Below are positions 16,342 to 25,305 of a DNA stretch of 48,051 nt, in pieces. A program made the position numbers and the translations under genes. Each line of letters opens with the position of its first letter. Within the stretch, counting starts at the first letter, position 1. This DNA is from Deltaproteobacteria bacterium RIFCSPLOWO2_02_FULL_50_16. Lineage in GTDB: Bacteria; UBA10199; 2-02-FULL-50-16. The notes under the pieces are model-generated. The model worked only from the letters and a program-made list of their open reading frames with translations, ran no database searches and had not been told where the DNA came from. The stretch lies in assembly GCA_001798715.1 (NCBI GenBank), contig MGSF01000062.1:1-48051 (forward strand), read 5' to 3'.

Positions 16342-16821
16342 ATGGAAGAAGAAATCGCATCGTTTTATGGTAAGGACCACGATCAGCTTGATGGCTATTT
16401 TCGGAAATTCCAGGAGCTGAAAAAAAAGGATTATGCACAGGCAAAGGAATTCTTCAAGAAGTTTAAGTTTGGCTTGCAACGCCATATTGTTTGGGAGGAA
16501 GAGATCTTGTTTCCGCTCTTTGAGAGGAAGACCGGCATGAAGGATTTTGGTCCGACGTTTGTGATGAGGGAGGAGCACCGGCAGATTGGTCAATTTCTTG
16601 AGGCCCTCCATGAAAAGGTGCAGCAACAGAATCCTGAGAGCGATCAGGAAGAGGATCTCCTGTGGAACACGCTGAAACAACACAACCACAAGGAAGAAAA
16701 CGTATTGTATCCGGAGATTGACCAACAGGCGTCCGTTGCCGAGAGGAAGGAAGTGTTTCGTTCCATGCAGGACCTTCCAGAGGAGAGATACAAGACCTGT
16801 TGCCAAGGACACGCACATTAA
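16342..16821 (+). CDS. Hemerythrin (HHE cation-binding) domain protein
   Basis: 159 aa. DHDQLDGYF, LQRHIVWEEEILFPLFE, MREEHRQIGQFLEAL, HNHKEENVLYP. His/Glu spacing is typical of hemerythrin-like domains. Confidence 0.8.
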   Translation: MEEEIASFYGKDHDQLDGYFRKFQELKKKDYAQAKEFFKKFKFGLQRHIVWEEEILFPLFERKTGMKDFGPTFVMREEHRQIGQFLEALHEKVQQQNPESDQEEDLLWNTLKQHNHKEENVLYPEIDQQASVAERKEVFRSMQDLPEERYKTCCQGHAH

Positions 16822-16854
16822 ATGCCAAGAGGGCAGGGGTAACATCAAAAAAAA

Positions 16855-16895
16855 CCAGCCCCGAGGGCGTAAAGACGCCCCTGGGCTGGCTTTTT
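16855..16895. terminator. Bidirectional rho-independent terminator between convergent genes
   Basis: ccagccccgagggcgt / acgcccctgggctgg stem, flanked by an A-run (16847-16854) and a T-run (16891-16895). Confidence 0.65.
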
Positions 16896-16916
16896 AATTT
16901 TTGGCCTTTTTCCCCC

Positions 16917-17177
16917 TTATTTTTTGGTGACCATCGCCAAGACAACAATGCCAATGACGATGACTACCATCATCGACGCCCCCGATGTAGTGCTGAGCGT
17001 CTTTTGATAGAAGTCCAGGATGTGATCGATGAATCCCAGCTTTCCGGTGACCACATCGATCAAGAGTCCTACCGTGATGACGGGTTTGGCAAGATTGAGG
17101 ACCTTGCTCGCCGCATCAAAGAGGAAGTCATAAAGGCTCCCGATAAGGTCGGTGAGTGGCGATAAGAGTTGTTTCAT
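16917..17177 (-). CDS. Small (86 aa) protein with a C-terminal TM helix, function unknown
   Basis: Strong SD (aaaggaggg) 6 nt upstream of the ATG. C-terminal MMVVIVIGIVVLAMV hydrophobic anchor. Terminator downstream. Confidence 0.5.
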   Translation of the reverse strand: MKQLLSPLTDLIGSLYDFLFDAASKVLNLAKPVITVGLLIDVVTGKLGFIDHILDFYQKTLSTTSGASMMVVIVIGIVVLAMVTKK

Positions 17178-17300
17178 AAAGCACCCTCCTTTCGAAAGGT
17201 TGATTCACACCTCTTTATCTTTATAAAGTATATCACAGAATAATCAAAAAAACCTTACTTTTCAGCTACTTATAACGCATTGAGTCAGATAAGGTCTTAC

Positions 17301-18077
17301 TTAATGCTCCAAATGTGGGACATCGCGGCAAAAAAGAAATTTTTCCAAGGCCCCTGTAAATTCCTCCGGCCTTTCGAGGGCCACCATGTGGCCGGCCTCC
17401 TCTATAACGAGCATTTGTGCGTTGGGGATGTTTTGGGCCAGGTATTGGGAATATTTGGGGGGTGTCATCTGATCCGAATCTCCGACGATGACTAAAGTAG
17501 GTGTGTTTATCTCCCGGACTTTTTCCATGACATTAAAATGATCACAGGCCCTGAAATCATCCATCAGCACTTGGGGGCTTATTTTTCGCATGGATTGTTG
17601 ACCGATCTGGATCATCTCCGGGGAGGCCTTCGGGCCATAGAGAAATTGGGCTGTGGTTTGGATGGCATTTTCAAAAGCGTCTTTGATAAGTTGGAAAATA
17701 AGGGGGTTGACCTTGAGTCTTGCCCCCGTTCCCACAAGGATCAGTTTGTCGATCCATGGGAGTTTTCTCAAGGCCAAGGTCATCGCAATGGCCCCGCCCA
17801 TCGAGTGACCGCATACAGTCACCTTTTGTAGTCCGAGCCTTTTCACAAAGTCTTCGATAAAATCGGCATAACCCTCGATCGTTGGACGGTTGGATCCCTT
17901 GGACCTTCCGTGCCCGGGGAGGTCCAAGGCATAGATATTGATTCCCTGCGTCAGAGACGCGATAGGGAAAAGCGTGTGATCCCCTCCTGCCCCGTGGATC
18001 ATGAGGAGACTCATATTGACTTGATCGGGATGGTGATAGTAATAGATCTCGTCCTGATCGATTTTTATGGTGGGCAT
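17301..18077 (-). CDS. Alpha/beta-fold hydrolase
   Basis: 258 aa. HGAGGDH oxyanion region, nucleophile elbow GHSMGG, C-terminal EEAGHMV. Confidence 0.8.
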   Translation of the reverse strand: MPTIKIDQDEIYYYHHPDQVNMSLLMIHGAGGDHTLFPIASLTQGINIYALDLPGHGRSKGSNRPTIEGYADFIEDFVKRLGLQKVTVCGHSMGGAIAMTLALRKLPWIDKLILVGTGARLKVNPLIFQLIKDAFENAIQTTAQFLYGPKASPEMIQIGQQSMRKISPQVLMDDFRACDHFNVMEKVREINTPTLVIVGDSDQMTPPKYSQYLAQNIPNAQMLVIEEAGHMVALERPEEFTGALEKFLFCRDVPHLEH

Positions 18078-18161
18078 GGTGATACACTAGAGGAATCCAC
18101 GCCCCGAAAACAACTTTTTTCTATTTTCTATAAAAAGGTAACGGCATGAAGGAGGCTATTT

Positions 18162-19562
18162 ATGAATAAAAATGCGGGTTTTAGGATTGAAAAGGATACG
18201 ATGGGGGAGTTGGAAGTCCCCAATGATCGCTACTATGGATGTCAGACAGCCAGGTCCTTGATCAATTTTAAGATCGGTGGAGAACGTTTTCCCCGGGAGA
18301 TGATCCGGGCCTTTGGGATCTTGAAAAAAGCGGCGGCCCTGACCAATGCCGACTTAAAAATCTTGCCGAAAGAAAAATGTGATTTGATTGTCCAGGCCGC
18401 GAATGAGGTGATCGAGGGAAAGCTCGATGATCATTTTCCACTGGTTGTGTGGCAGACGGGGAGCGGGACACAGACCAACATGAACGCCAATGAGGTGATT
18501 TCCAATCGTGCCATCGAAATCGCCGGGGGGGAGCTTGGCTCCAAAAAGCCTGTTCATCCCAATGACGATGTCAATAAGGCCCAGTCGTCCAATGACACCT
18601 TTCCGGCGGCGATGCATATCGCTGTGGTGGAAGAGATCCATCGCCGGCTCCTCCCCATGGTGACCAGGCTTCGTGATGGATTAAAGGTCAAGGCCGATTC
18701 CTTCAAGGATATTGTTAAAATCGGTCGGACCCATTTAATGGATGCCGTTCCGCTGACCCTGGGGCAGGAATTTTCAGGATATGTCCAGCAACTCACCAAT
18801 AATCTAGAAAGAATCCGGACGGCCCTGCCGCAACTCTATGAACTGGCCCTTGGCGGGACGGCCGTCGGCACGGGGCTCAATACCCATCCCCAGTTTGCCG
18901 AAAAGTCCGCCAAAAAAATCGCGGAACTGACGGGAAAACCCTTTGTCTCGGCCCCCAACAAGTTTGAGGCCCTGGCCGCCCATGATGCCATGGTCAGTTT
19001 TAGCGGGGTCTTGAAGACCATCGCGGCCTCGCTCTTTAAGATCGCCAATGATGTTCGCTGGCTGGCCTCTGGACCGCGATCGGGTTTTGCGGAGATCACG
19101 ATTCCCGAAAACGAACCGGGGAGTTCCATTATGCCCGGCAAGGTCAATCCCACCCAATGTGAGGCCATGACCATGGTGTGTGCCCAGGTGATGGGCAATG
19201 ATGTGACGGTCAATCTGGGGGGATTTAGCGGTAATTTTGAATTGAATGTCTACAAACCCGTGATTGTCTATAATGTCTTGCAGTCGATTCGTTTGATTGC
19301 CGATGCCTGCGAGAGTTTTCAGGATCATTGCGCTGCGGGTATCGAGGCGAATAAGAAAAAGATTGATGAATTTATGCGTCAATCTCTCATGCTGGTAACG
19401 GCCCTCAATCCCCATATTGGTTATGACAATGCGGCCAAGTTGGCGAAGCACGCCCATAAAAATAATATGAGTCTGAAGGAAGCAGCCCTTGAATTAAAAC
19501 TTTTGACGGCCGAGCAGTTTGACGAGTGGGTGAGGCCGGAGAAGATGATAGGTCCAAGTTAG
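18162..19562 (+). CDS. fumC: Class II fumarate hydratase
   Basis: 466 aa. [31 protein letters not shown] signature, [14 protein letters not shown]. Confidence 0.95.
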   Translation: MNKNAGFRIEKDTMGELEVPNDRYYGCQTARSLINFKIGGERFPREMIRAFGILKKAAALTNADLKILPKEKCDLIVQAANEVIEGKLDDHFPLVVWQTGSGTQTNMNANEVISNRAIEIAGGELGSKKPVHPNDDVNKAQSSNDTFPAAMHIAVVEEIHRRLLPMVTRLRDGLKVKADSFKDIVKIGRTHLMDAVPLTLGQEFSGYVQQLTNNLERIRTALPQLYELALGGTAVGTGLNTHPQFAEKSAKKIAELTGKPFVSAPNKFEALAAHDAMVSFSGVLKTIAASLFKIANDVRWLASGPRSGFAEITIPENEPGSSIMPGKVNPTQCEAMTMVCAQVMGNDVTVNLGGFSGNFELNVYKPVIVYNVLQSIRLIADACESFQDHCAAGIEANKKKIDEFMRQSLMLVTALNPHIGYDNAAKLAKHAHKNNMSLKEAALELKLLTAEQFDEWVRPEKMIGPS

Positions 19563-19597
19563 CCCCTCTCCCTATTATATTTATGAAGGTAAGGGGC
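19560..19597. repeat. Copy 1 of a 38-bp exact repeat (tagcccctctccctattatatttatgaaggtaaggggc)
   Basis: Identical base for base to 35757-35794. The flanks are unrelated. Confidence 0.9.
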
Positions 19598-19632
19598 CAT
19601 CCCTACCTTAATAAACTATAATGGGGAGAGGG
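19563..19632. terminator. Long imperfect hairpin between convergent fumC and the thioesterase gene (probable bidirectional terminator)
   Basis: Left arm 19563-19596 pairs with 19601-19632 (ccctctccc/gggagaggg, attata-tttat/ataaactataat, aaggta-ggg/ccctacctt), with loop ccat. Confidence 0.5.
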
Positions 19633-19649
19633 ATAGAGGTTTCCGAAAG

Positions 19650-20153
19650 TTACTTCTTATTTTTTTTTGAAGTGATCATATAAAAGGTGGCCGTTGCCAT
19701 GGCGAGTGGTTGCTTTTCTTGCTGGCGATAGAGGAGCCCATGGACCACACACAGGCGTTTGCCTCGAAAGACGACCTTTGAGTGACAAAGCAATATGTCT
19801 CCATAATGGATGGGATGAAAATAATTGACCTTCAACTCCACAGTGGAACAGAAATCCTCTGGCCCCATACAGGTAAAAACAGCCATGCCGCACGCAGAAT
19901 CAAAAAAACCTGAAACCACCCCCCCGTGGACCCTCCCTGAGATCGAGAGGTGATCCTTGCGTATTTTGAGTTCGACCTTGGCCTCCAGCCGTTTTTTATC
20001 AATCTTTTTGATTTTATAACCGAGCCAATCACCATATTTGTCATGATGTTGGTAGTGCTTGGGAAGAAGTCTCCTCTTTTTCAGGTTCACGACGATAATA
20101 TTTATCACCAAGAACAATGTTTTGCAATATTTCCTTGATATTAAGCAGGCCAA
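19650..20153 (-). CDS. PaaI/YbgC-type hotdog-fold thioesterase
   Basis: SISGRVHGGVVSGFFDSACGMAVF is the hotdog thioesterase signature. The start as drawn is TTG and the true start is uncertain. Confidence 0.65.
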   Translation of the reverse strand: MACLISRKYCKTLFLVINIIVVNLKKRRLLPKHYQHHDKYGDWLGYKIKKIDKKRLEAKVELKIRKDHLSISGRVHGGVVSGFFDSACGMAVFTCMGPEDFCSTVELKVNYFHPIHYGDILLCHSKVVFRGKRLCVVHGLLYRQQEKQPLAMATATFYMITSKKNKK

Positions 20154-20272
20154 AAGCCACTATACACAGAAAACCGCGTGAAGTCCAAGTCTGCTTAATA
20201 CTGGCCAGGGGTATTGTATAGTGATTAATGGCCTGACCCGTATGTTTGATATTGATGGCAGGATGGAGGGAG

Positions 20273-20575
20273 ATGAAAAAAATATTTATTCTGACAATTG
20301 TGTTTTTGCTGATTATGAGTCTTTGTGTTGCAGAGGCCCAGGAAGACTATACAAACGCCCCTGAAAATATCGACGAGATCTCCACGGAATCTTCCGATAT
20401 CCCTCTAACCTCCACAGGGATCGAAGTCGTCGATCCAGTCAAGGACGGGCACCGCAAAATCAAACCCCGCCCCCTTCCCCCGGATCGTTTCAATCCCAGC
20501 GCCGGCCGCAAAGATCCCTATATCCAGCATTACAGTCGACACCCGATAGCCCCTGTTCAGAAATCCGAAGAGTAA
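20273..20575 (+). CDS. Small secreted protein, function unknown
   Basis: MKKIFILTIVFLLIMSLCVAEA signal peptide. ggaggg just upstream. Confidence 0.5.
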   Translation: MKKIFILTIVFLLIMSLCVAEAQEDYTNAPENIDEISTESSDIPLTSTGIEVVDPVKDGHRKIKPRPLPPDRFNPSAGRKDPYIQHYSRHPIAPVQKSEE

Positions 20576-20577
20576 TG

Positions 20578-21312
20578 TTAGTCAAGAAAGCCAAGCCTCA
20601 CTTTTCCAGAAGATAAATCCTTGTTGGCCTGTTCATATTGCTCCAAGGTCCCCACATCCATCCAGAGGTTTGAATGTTTAAAGGCAGAGAGGGGAAGCTT
20701 CTTTTTAAGGGCCTCTTGGTATCCGGTGTCGATGATACTGGAGAATGTATTTTGAGGAACGGTTTGGAGGATCTTGGGATCCAGGATATGAAGTCCAGTG
20801 AACAGATGACAGTCAGCTTCTTGGGAGTGCCCTCCTATTTTTAAGACACGCGTTCCCCGAGTCCAGATGGGGGTCAACGGTCCGGGGTCAGAGGGGTACG
20901 GATGTGTCCTGACGACCATCGTGGCCCATGAGGCCTGCTTGTGGTGAAAGTCCATCAGGGTCTTCAAGTCAATGTCTATGAGGATGTCACTATTGATCGC
21001 TATAAAAGGATCCCCTTGAAAAAATGCCTCGCATTTTTTGATGCCTCCTCCAGTGCCCAAGACGTCTTCTTCATAAGAATAGGAAAGATGGACACCGTAT
21101 TGTTGACCGTCTCCTAAGGTCTTTGTGATTTGTGAGGCCAGATGATGGGTGTTGATGATGATGTCGGTGATTCCGTATTTTTTGAGGAGTAAAATGGCAT
21201 AGTCGATCAGGGGGCGTTGATGGAGGGGAAGAAGGGGTTTGGGGGTTGTATGGGTCAAGGGGCGGAGACGGGTGCCCAACCCGGCGGCCAGGATTATCGC
21301 ACGCATGAACAA
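20578..21312 (-). CDS. murU: Sugar-1-phosphate nucleotidyltransferase (MurU-like)
   Basis: MRAIILAAGLGTRLRPLTHTTPKPLLP N-terminus. Directly downstream of and overlapping an APH-fold kinase, the classical AmgK-MurU arrangement. Confidence 0.6.
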   Translation of the reverse strand: MFMRAIILAAGLGTRLRPLTHTTPKPLLPLHQRPLIDYAILLLKKYGITDIIINTHHLASQITKTLGDGQQYGVHLSYSYEEDVLGTGGGIKKCEAFFQGDPFIAINSDILIDIDLKTLMDFHHKQASWATMVVRTHPYPSDPGPLTPIWTRGTRVLKIGGHSQEADCHLFTGLHILDPKILQTVPQNTFSSIIDTGYQEALKKKLPLSAFKHSNLWMDVGTLEQYEQANKDLSSGKVRLGFLD

Positions 21313-22334
21313 GCCTCCTCAGACCATTCGGGGATGTATTTTTTTAAACTGTCATAGAGGGGATAAAATTCTTTTTGGCGTTTCAGGGATGTGTGGACAT
21401 AGCGGAGAGAGGTTGGAATAAATTTGAGGAAAGAATCGTTGCCTTTGACACGGTCGATATACACAAAACGTCCGGCGTCTTTGAGTTTTCTCTGAATGGT
21501 TAAGGTGTCAAAAATCGTCAGAAATGCCTCAAAATGACCAATGCTTGTTTTGTCGCAGTAATAATGAAGGAGAGAGTCCAGTAAAGAATTATCCAACTCA
21601 ATATAGGAATCTCGGAGCAGGGCCACCAGGTCATAGAGGGAGGGCCCCAAAAGGGCGTCCTGAAAATCAATCAGTTTGAGCTTGTCTTGAGAGACCATGA
21701 GATTGCGACTTTGAAAATCACGATGCACTAAAACAGGCTGGAGTTGAGCGAGTTGGTTGCTGATCGAGCGACTCCATTCAAGCATGATTTTTTTGTCTTC
21801 TTTGGCAATGGGAATATTCAACCTCTTTTCAATCCCATATTCAAAAAAATGATCAAACTCCCAATTGTACAAAGTCTCATCAAACGAACGCATCAGGGCA
21901 TAACAGTTGCGTGGATCATGAATGGGGATGGATTGCAGCTGGATGAGCAGATCGATGGCTTGAGTATACCACTTTTTCCTTGTTGCTGCAGGGGCGTTGG
22001 CGATGAGTGATCCCATTGTGATATCGCCTAAGTCTTCCAAAAGGATGCATTTGTCTTCCGGAGAAAAATGCAAGACCTTGGGAATTGGGATATTATTTTT
22101 TTCTAAGAAATTTGCGATATTGAGAAAAGGAATCTCGGTTTTTTTGCCTTTGAAGTTGGTAATTTCTTCAGAGGCGCTCAAGGCTCCTTCGGGCAGTTGC
22201 ATGATGATGGCTGTGGATTGATCGGAGAAATGGGCCCTGTAATAGATGCGATTGGAGGCGTCCCCATGGAGTTTTGTGAGTTTTGAAAGGCTTTTTGAAA
22301 ATAAATGATGGTATTTCTTTTTAAGATCCGTCAT
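21294..22334 (-). CDS. amgK: Aminoglycoside-phosphotransferase-fold sugar kinase (AmgK-like)
   Basis: GDASNRIYYR, VLVHRDFQSRNLMV (catalytic HRD), IDFQDA (DFQ metal site). Confidence 0.6.
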   Translation of the reverse strand: MTDLKKKYHHLFSKSLSKLTKLHGDASNRIYYRAHFSDQSTAIIMQLPEGALSASEEITNFKGKKTEIPFLNIANFLEKNNIPIPKVLHFSPEDKCILLEDLGDITMGSLIANAPAATRKKWYTQAIDLLIQLQSIPIHDPRNCYALMRSFDETLYNWEFDHFFEYGIEKRLNIPIAKEDKKIMLEWSRSISNQLAQLQPVLVHRDFQSRNLMVSQDKLKLIDFQDALLGPSLYDLVALLRDSYIELDNSLLDSLLHYYCDKTSIGHFEAFLTIFDTLTIQRKLKDAGRFVYIDRVKGNDSFLKFIPTSLRYVHTSLKRQKEFYPLYDSLKKYIPEWSEEACSCVR

Positions 22335-22711
22335 GGTTCTACCGTCACAGAAATGTCTGTGTTGCTTGCCACTGAGTTGACAATAACAAGGATCGAATAG
22401 TCTTGGGCCTCTACATCTTGAGGCACGGTGACAGTCAAGACCTCCACTTCACCCGATGTTGTTCCTTCTGTCAGGTTGTAGCTTTCGGCGGGAGCCGTGA
22501 TGCCTCCAAAGGAAATAACATTTTCTGCAGGAATGATCGAAAATCCAAATCCAAAGATGGAAAGCACGCCTCCTTGAGAAACGGTTGTAGGGTCAGTGCG
22601 GATAATAGTGGGGTTTGATTGAGTCGGGATGGAAGAGCTGAATGAAGTTTCTCCTCCGCAACCCATGAATATCAATATCATAAAAGTAGAAATAACAAGG
22701 GGCTTGAGCAT
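22331..22711 (-). CDS. IPT/TIG-domain lipoprotein
   Basis: Lipobox IFMGC, then IIRTDPTTVSQGGVLSIFGFGF...VISFGG...EVLTVTVP, an Ig-like TIG pattern. Confidence 0.6.
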   Translation of the reverse strand: MLKPLVISTFMILIFMGCGGETSFSSSIPTQSNPTIIRTDPTTVSQGGVLSIFGFGFSIIPAENVISFGGITAPAESYNLTEGTTSGEVEVLTVTVPQDVEAQDYSILVIVNSVASNTDISVTVEP

Positions 22712-22786
22712 GGGGGGATATTACTTTTTGTATCGGCAATGTCAATATGACGCTATGTGTGATATTGCGTTCCATTTTGTGGGAGA

Positions 22787-23434
22787 CTACGCTAAGGCAT
22801 GGAGTTTGCCTGTAAGGCCGCTGTGAAAAAAGTCTCGGATCTTCTTCATTCGTTGGCTTAAGTGATGCCAGTGTCTGCATTGTCCGGCCAAATGCCGACA
22901 AAAGCGATAGCCAAGACGGTGGGCGAGTTGGTAGCGTTGCATTTGCTCCGGGGTGAGTTGGGGTTTTAAATGGTAAGAATGAAATAATTTTTTTAAGAGA
23001 CCCCATGTTTTGAGGGGCCTGTTTTTTTGGTTGAGATAGAGAAGGCACAGGAGGTACTTGTCCACTTCTGCCTGAATTTCGAGTTCCAGTTCGGTGGCAG
23101 GGCGCCTGATGAGGGCTCGTTGATAGAGATAAACAAAATGACTGACACCTTCCACCACGGTTAAAAAATTCTCAAAATTACTTTTATCAAGCTGCCTCAT
23201 GGGGTTTTTCTCCTCTAAGCATCGAAGAACAAGGGGATCTACGAAAAGGCCGATATAGTGAGTATTGTTTTCAAAAGAAATGAGGGTCAATTCCTTGGGG
23301 ACAGGTTCTTTGTTGTCGAGAGAGGGATATATCTTTTTTAGGGCTTCGATAGTGAGCATGAAGTCTTCAATATGAATACCGGAGCGGATCCTGTAAAAAT
23401 CTTCGATTTGTTGCTGGATTTGATTCACAATCAT
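22787..23434 (-). CDS. Hypothetical protein (215 aa), no recognised domain
   Basis: Long ORF in the operon. Cys/His/Arg-rich C-terminus RFCRHLAGQCRHWHH. Confidence 0.5.
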   Translation of the reverse strand: MIVNQIQQQIEDFYRIRSGIHIEDFMLTIEALKKIYPSLDNKEPVPKELTLISFENNTHYIGLFVDPLVLRCLEEKNPMRQLDKSNFENFLTVVEGVSHFVYLYQRALIRRPATELELEIQAEVDKYLLCLLYLNQKNRPLKTWGLLKKLFHSYHLKPQLTPEQMQRYQLAHRLGYRFCRHLAGQCRHWHHLSQRMKKIRDFFHSGLTGKLHALA

Positions 23435-23441
23435 AGAGGGC

Positions 23442-24065
23442 CTATTGGAGTATTTTGAGACCTGGCAGGATATGGGGAGTGATCCCCTGTTCTTCCAGGA
23501 TTTGGCGGACTCGCTCGCTCCGAGTGCTCAGCCATACCTCATAGAGTTGAAGGATATTGGGATTTGATTTTAAGAGGCTTTTCTCGCTCACTTCGGAAAG
23601 GATGTCGACAAAGGGGATAAATTTGGTAGAAAGCTCCTCAAAGAGTTTTGTGAAAATCTTGTTTCCCATGAGAGTGCTTACAGTTTGATAAGCCGCCCCA
23701 CCCATTTGGATATAGTAATCAATATTGATGATTTTTCGGTGCATGCTTTCCGGGAAAAATCCGGAAATATAGAGGGCGATATCACCCAAGTGTTTCAGTA
23801 TCTGTATTTTTTGGTGATGATCGGATTGCAGGGCCCGGGCCAACATGAGGGCCAGGGGTTCGTCTTTTTTCCCCTCGGGGGCATTTTGAAAGAGGTGGGA
23901 AGAGTCGATAAAGTCGTGAAGGAGATTGACAAGATAAAATTCGGATTCTCCAGAAGCGGTTATTTTTTGATGACCAAGGGCCTCTTGAACAAGCTCACGA
24001 AAATATTCAAGAGGTGAGTCCAGGGCCAACAAATGAGCATCCGTTGTCCCCATAGTCTTTATCAT
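23442..24065 (-). CDS. Hypothetical protein (207 aa), no recognised domain
   Basis: Long ORF ending 7 nt upstream of the 22787-23434 gene. Appears predominantly helical. Confidence 0.5.
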   Translation of the reverse strand: MIKTMGTTDAHLLALDSPLEYFRELVQEALGHQKITASGESEFYLVNLLHDFIDSSHLFQNAPEGKKDEPLALMLARALQSDHHQKIQILKHLGDIALYISGFFPESMHRKIINIDYYIQMGGAAYQTVSTLMGNKIFTKLFEELSTKFIPFVDILSEVSEKSLLKSNPNILQLYEVWLSTRSERVRQILEEQGITPHILPGLKILQ

Positions 24066-24114
24066 AACAGTTTAAAAAAATTTTCTCTACGAATAAAAAA
24101 AGGACAATGACGCG

Positions 24115-25095
24115 CTACGCCAATGTTTCTGGTATTTGGCGAGAGGGAGACAGGTATTTTTTAAAAAACACAAAACCAAAAGAGGCCTTATATAAATAAT
24201 TGGAGAAGGCCCAAAGAAGACTCATGCTGAGGAGGATTTCCTCGGGAGAAATGACCCCTGCTGTTACAGCGGGGGAGATCAAGTCATTTTTGAGCAGGAT
24301 GACAAAGGCGGCTTGTGTGGTGCCCAGCCCTCCAGGGGTGATGGGCATGGATCCTATTAAATAAATTAAAGGAATACTGGCGATCAAGGATGTCAGGGGA
24401 ATATGGGCATGAAAGAAATGGATGCCACTGTAAATAGCCACAATGAAAGTCAGATGGAGAGGGAGACGCAAGAGGAGAGTGGCAACAAGATCTTTGATGC
24501 GGGCTTCCTTGAGTGTGAGAAAAAGGTCGTGGAGTTTTTCCCAGCGATTGGGGATTATTTTTAATATTTTTTTTCGCAAGAGGTAAATAGTAATGATGAA
24601 AATTGTTGCTATCAGCATGAGAAGCTGGACCCATTGGTTGAGGGAAACATTTTCAATCTGCAGGGGGGCCAGTAAGGAACCCAAGAAGGCCATCGAGGTG
24701 ATGAGATAAAAATCCAAGACGATGACAAAACCCAAGATACCCATGGCCTTAAAAAAGGGGATGGACTTCTTCTTTTTTAAAAAGTAGGCCCACACCCCCT
24801 GTCCTGCCCCGTAGTTGATGAGCATGATGACATAACTCGCAAGACGAACAGGAACGAGCTCCAGGGTCCCCATGGGGGCATGGAAACGGGTAAAGACACG
24901 GGCGTGTCCCCAACAATCGAGCCAGAGGACGAGCATGAAATAGAAGAACATGAATATCATCAGTCCGATCAGATTGGCTTGTTTGCAGGCCTCCCAGATC
25001 TGGGCGGGTGGATATTGGGTAAACAATTGATGAAAGATCACGATAGCGATCAACCAGGGGAGATATTTTTTAAGGACATGAAAAAGAAGTCTCAC
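24115..25095 (-). CDS. UPF0104 / lysylphosphatidylglycerol-synthase TM-region (flippase-like) membrane protein
   Basis: 326 aa with about 8 TM helices and the motif GSMPITPGGLGTTQAAFV typical of this family. GTG start. Confidence 0.65.
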   Translation of the reverse strand: MRLLFHVLKKYLPWLIAIVIFHQLFTQYPPAQIWEACKQANLIGLMIFMFFYFMLVLWLDCWGHARVFTRFHAPMGTLELVPVRLASYVIMLINYGAGQGVWAYFLKKKKSIPFFKAMGILGFVIVLDFYLITSMAFLGSLLAPLQIENVSLNQWVQLLMLIATIFIITIYLLRKKILKIIPNRWEKLHDLFLTLKEARIKDLVATLLLRLPLHLTFIVAIYSGIHFFHAHIPLTSLIASIPLIYLIGSMPITPGGLGTTQAAFVILLKNDLISPAVTAGVISPEEILLSMSLLWAFSNYLYKASFGFVFFKKYLSPSRQIPETLA

Positions 25096-25221
25096 GGACC
25101 ATCCAATAAACCCATGTTTTGATTGGCAAAATATGGACTGATTTTGTTAGCAACTTTTTTGGCTATTCTTCGATACTCTAAATAGCTGTAAGAATAAAGT
25201 TTTTAATTTTGGGGTGAAGAT

Positions 25222-25270
25222 GGAAGAAGGAGATTTTCTTCGCCCCCCTCATCCCCCATCTCCTTCTTCC
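25222..25270. repeat. 13-bp perfect inverted repeat (ggaagaaggagat ... atctccttcttcc) with a 23-nt C-rich loop
   Basis: Read directly. Lies downstream of rlmE and upstream of the UPF0104 gene. Confidence 0.6.
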
Positions 25271-25275
25271 CACAT

Positions 25276-25304
25276 AAACGCCTCTGCCACTGGCAGGGGC
25301 GTTT
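25276..25304 (-). terminator. Hairpin abutting the rlmE stop codon
   Basis: aaacgcctctgcc act ggcaggggcgttt (13-bp stem with one G-U pair), flanked by A/T runs. Confidence 0.5.
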
Positions 25305-25305
25305 T

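Noticed and set aside
20144-20159. Minus-strand -24/-12-like sequence TGGCTTTTGGCCTGCT near the thioesterase start
   Set aside because: The -12 block is CTGCT rather than TTGCA, and the site overlaps the putative TTG start codon. The evidence is too weak to call.
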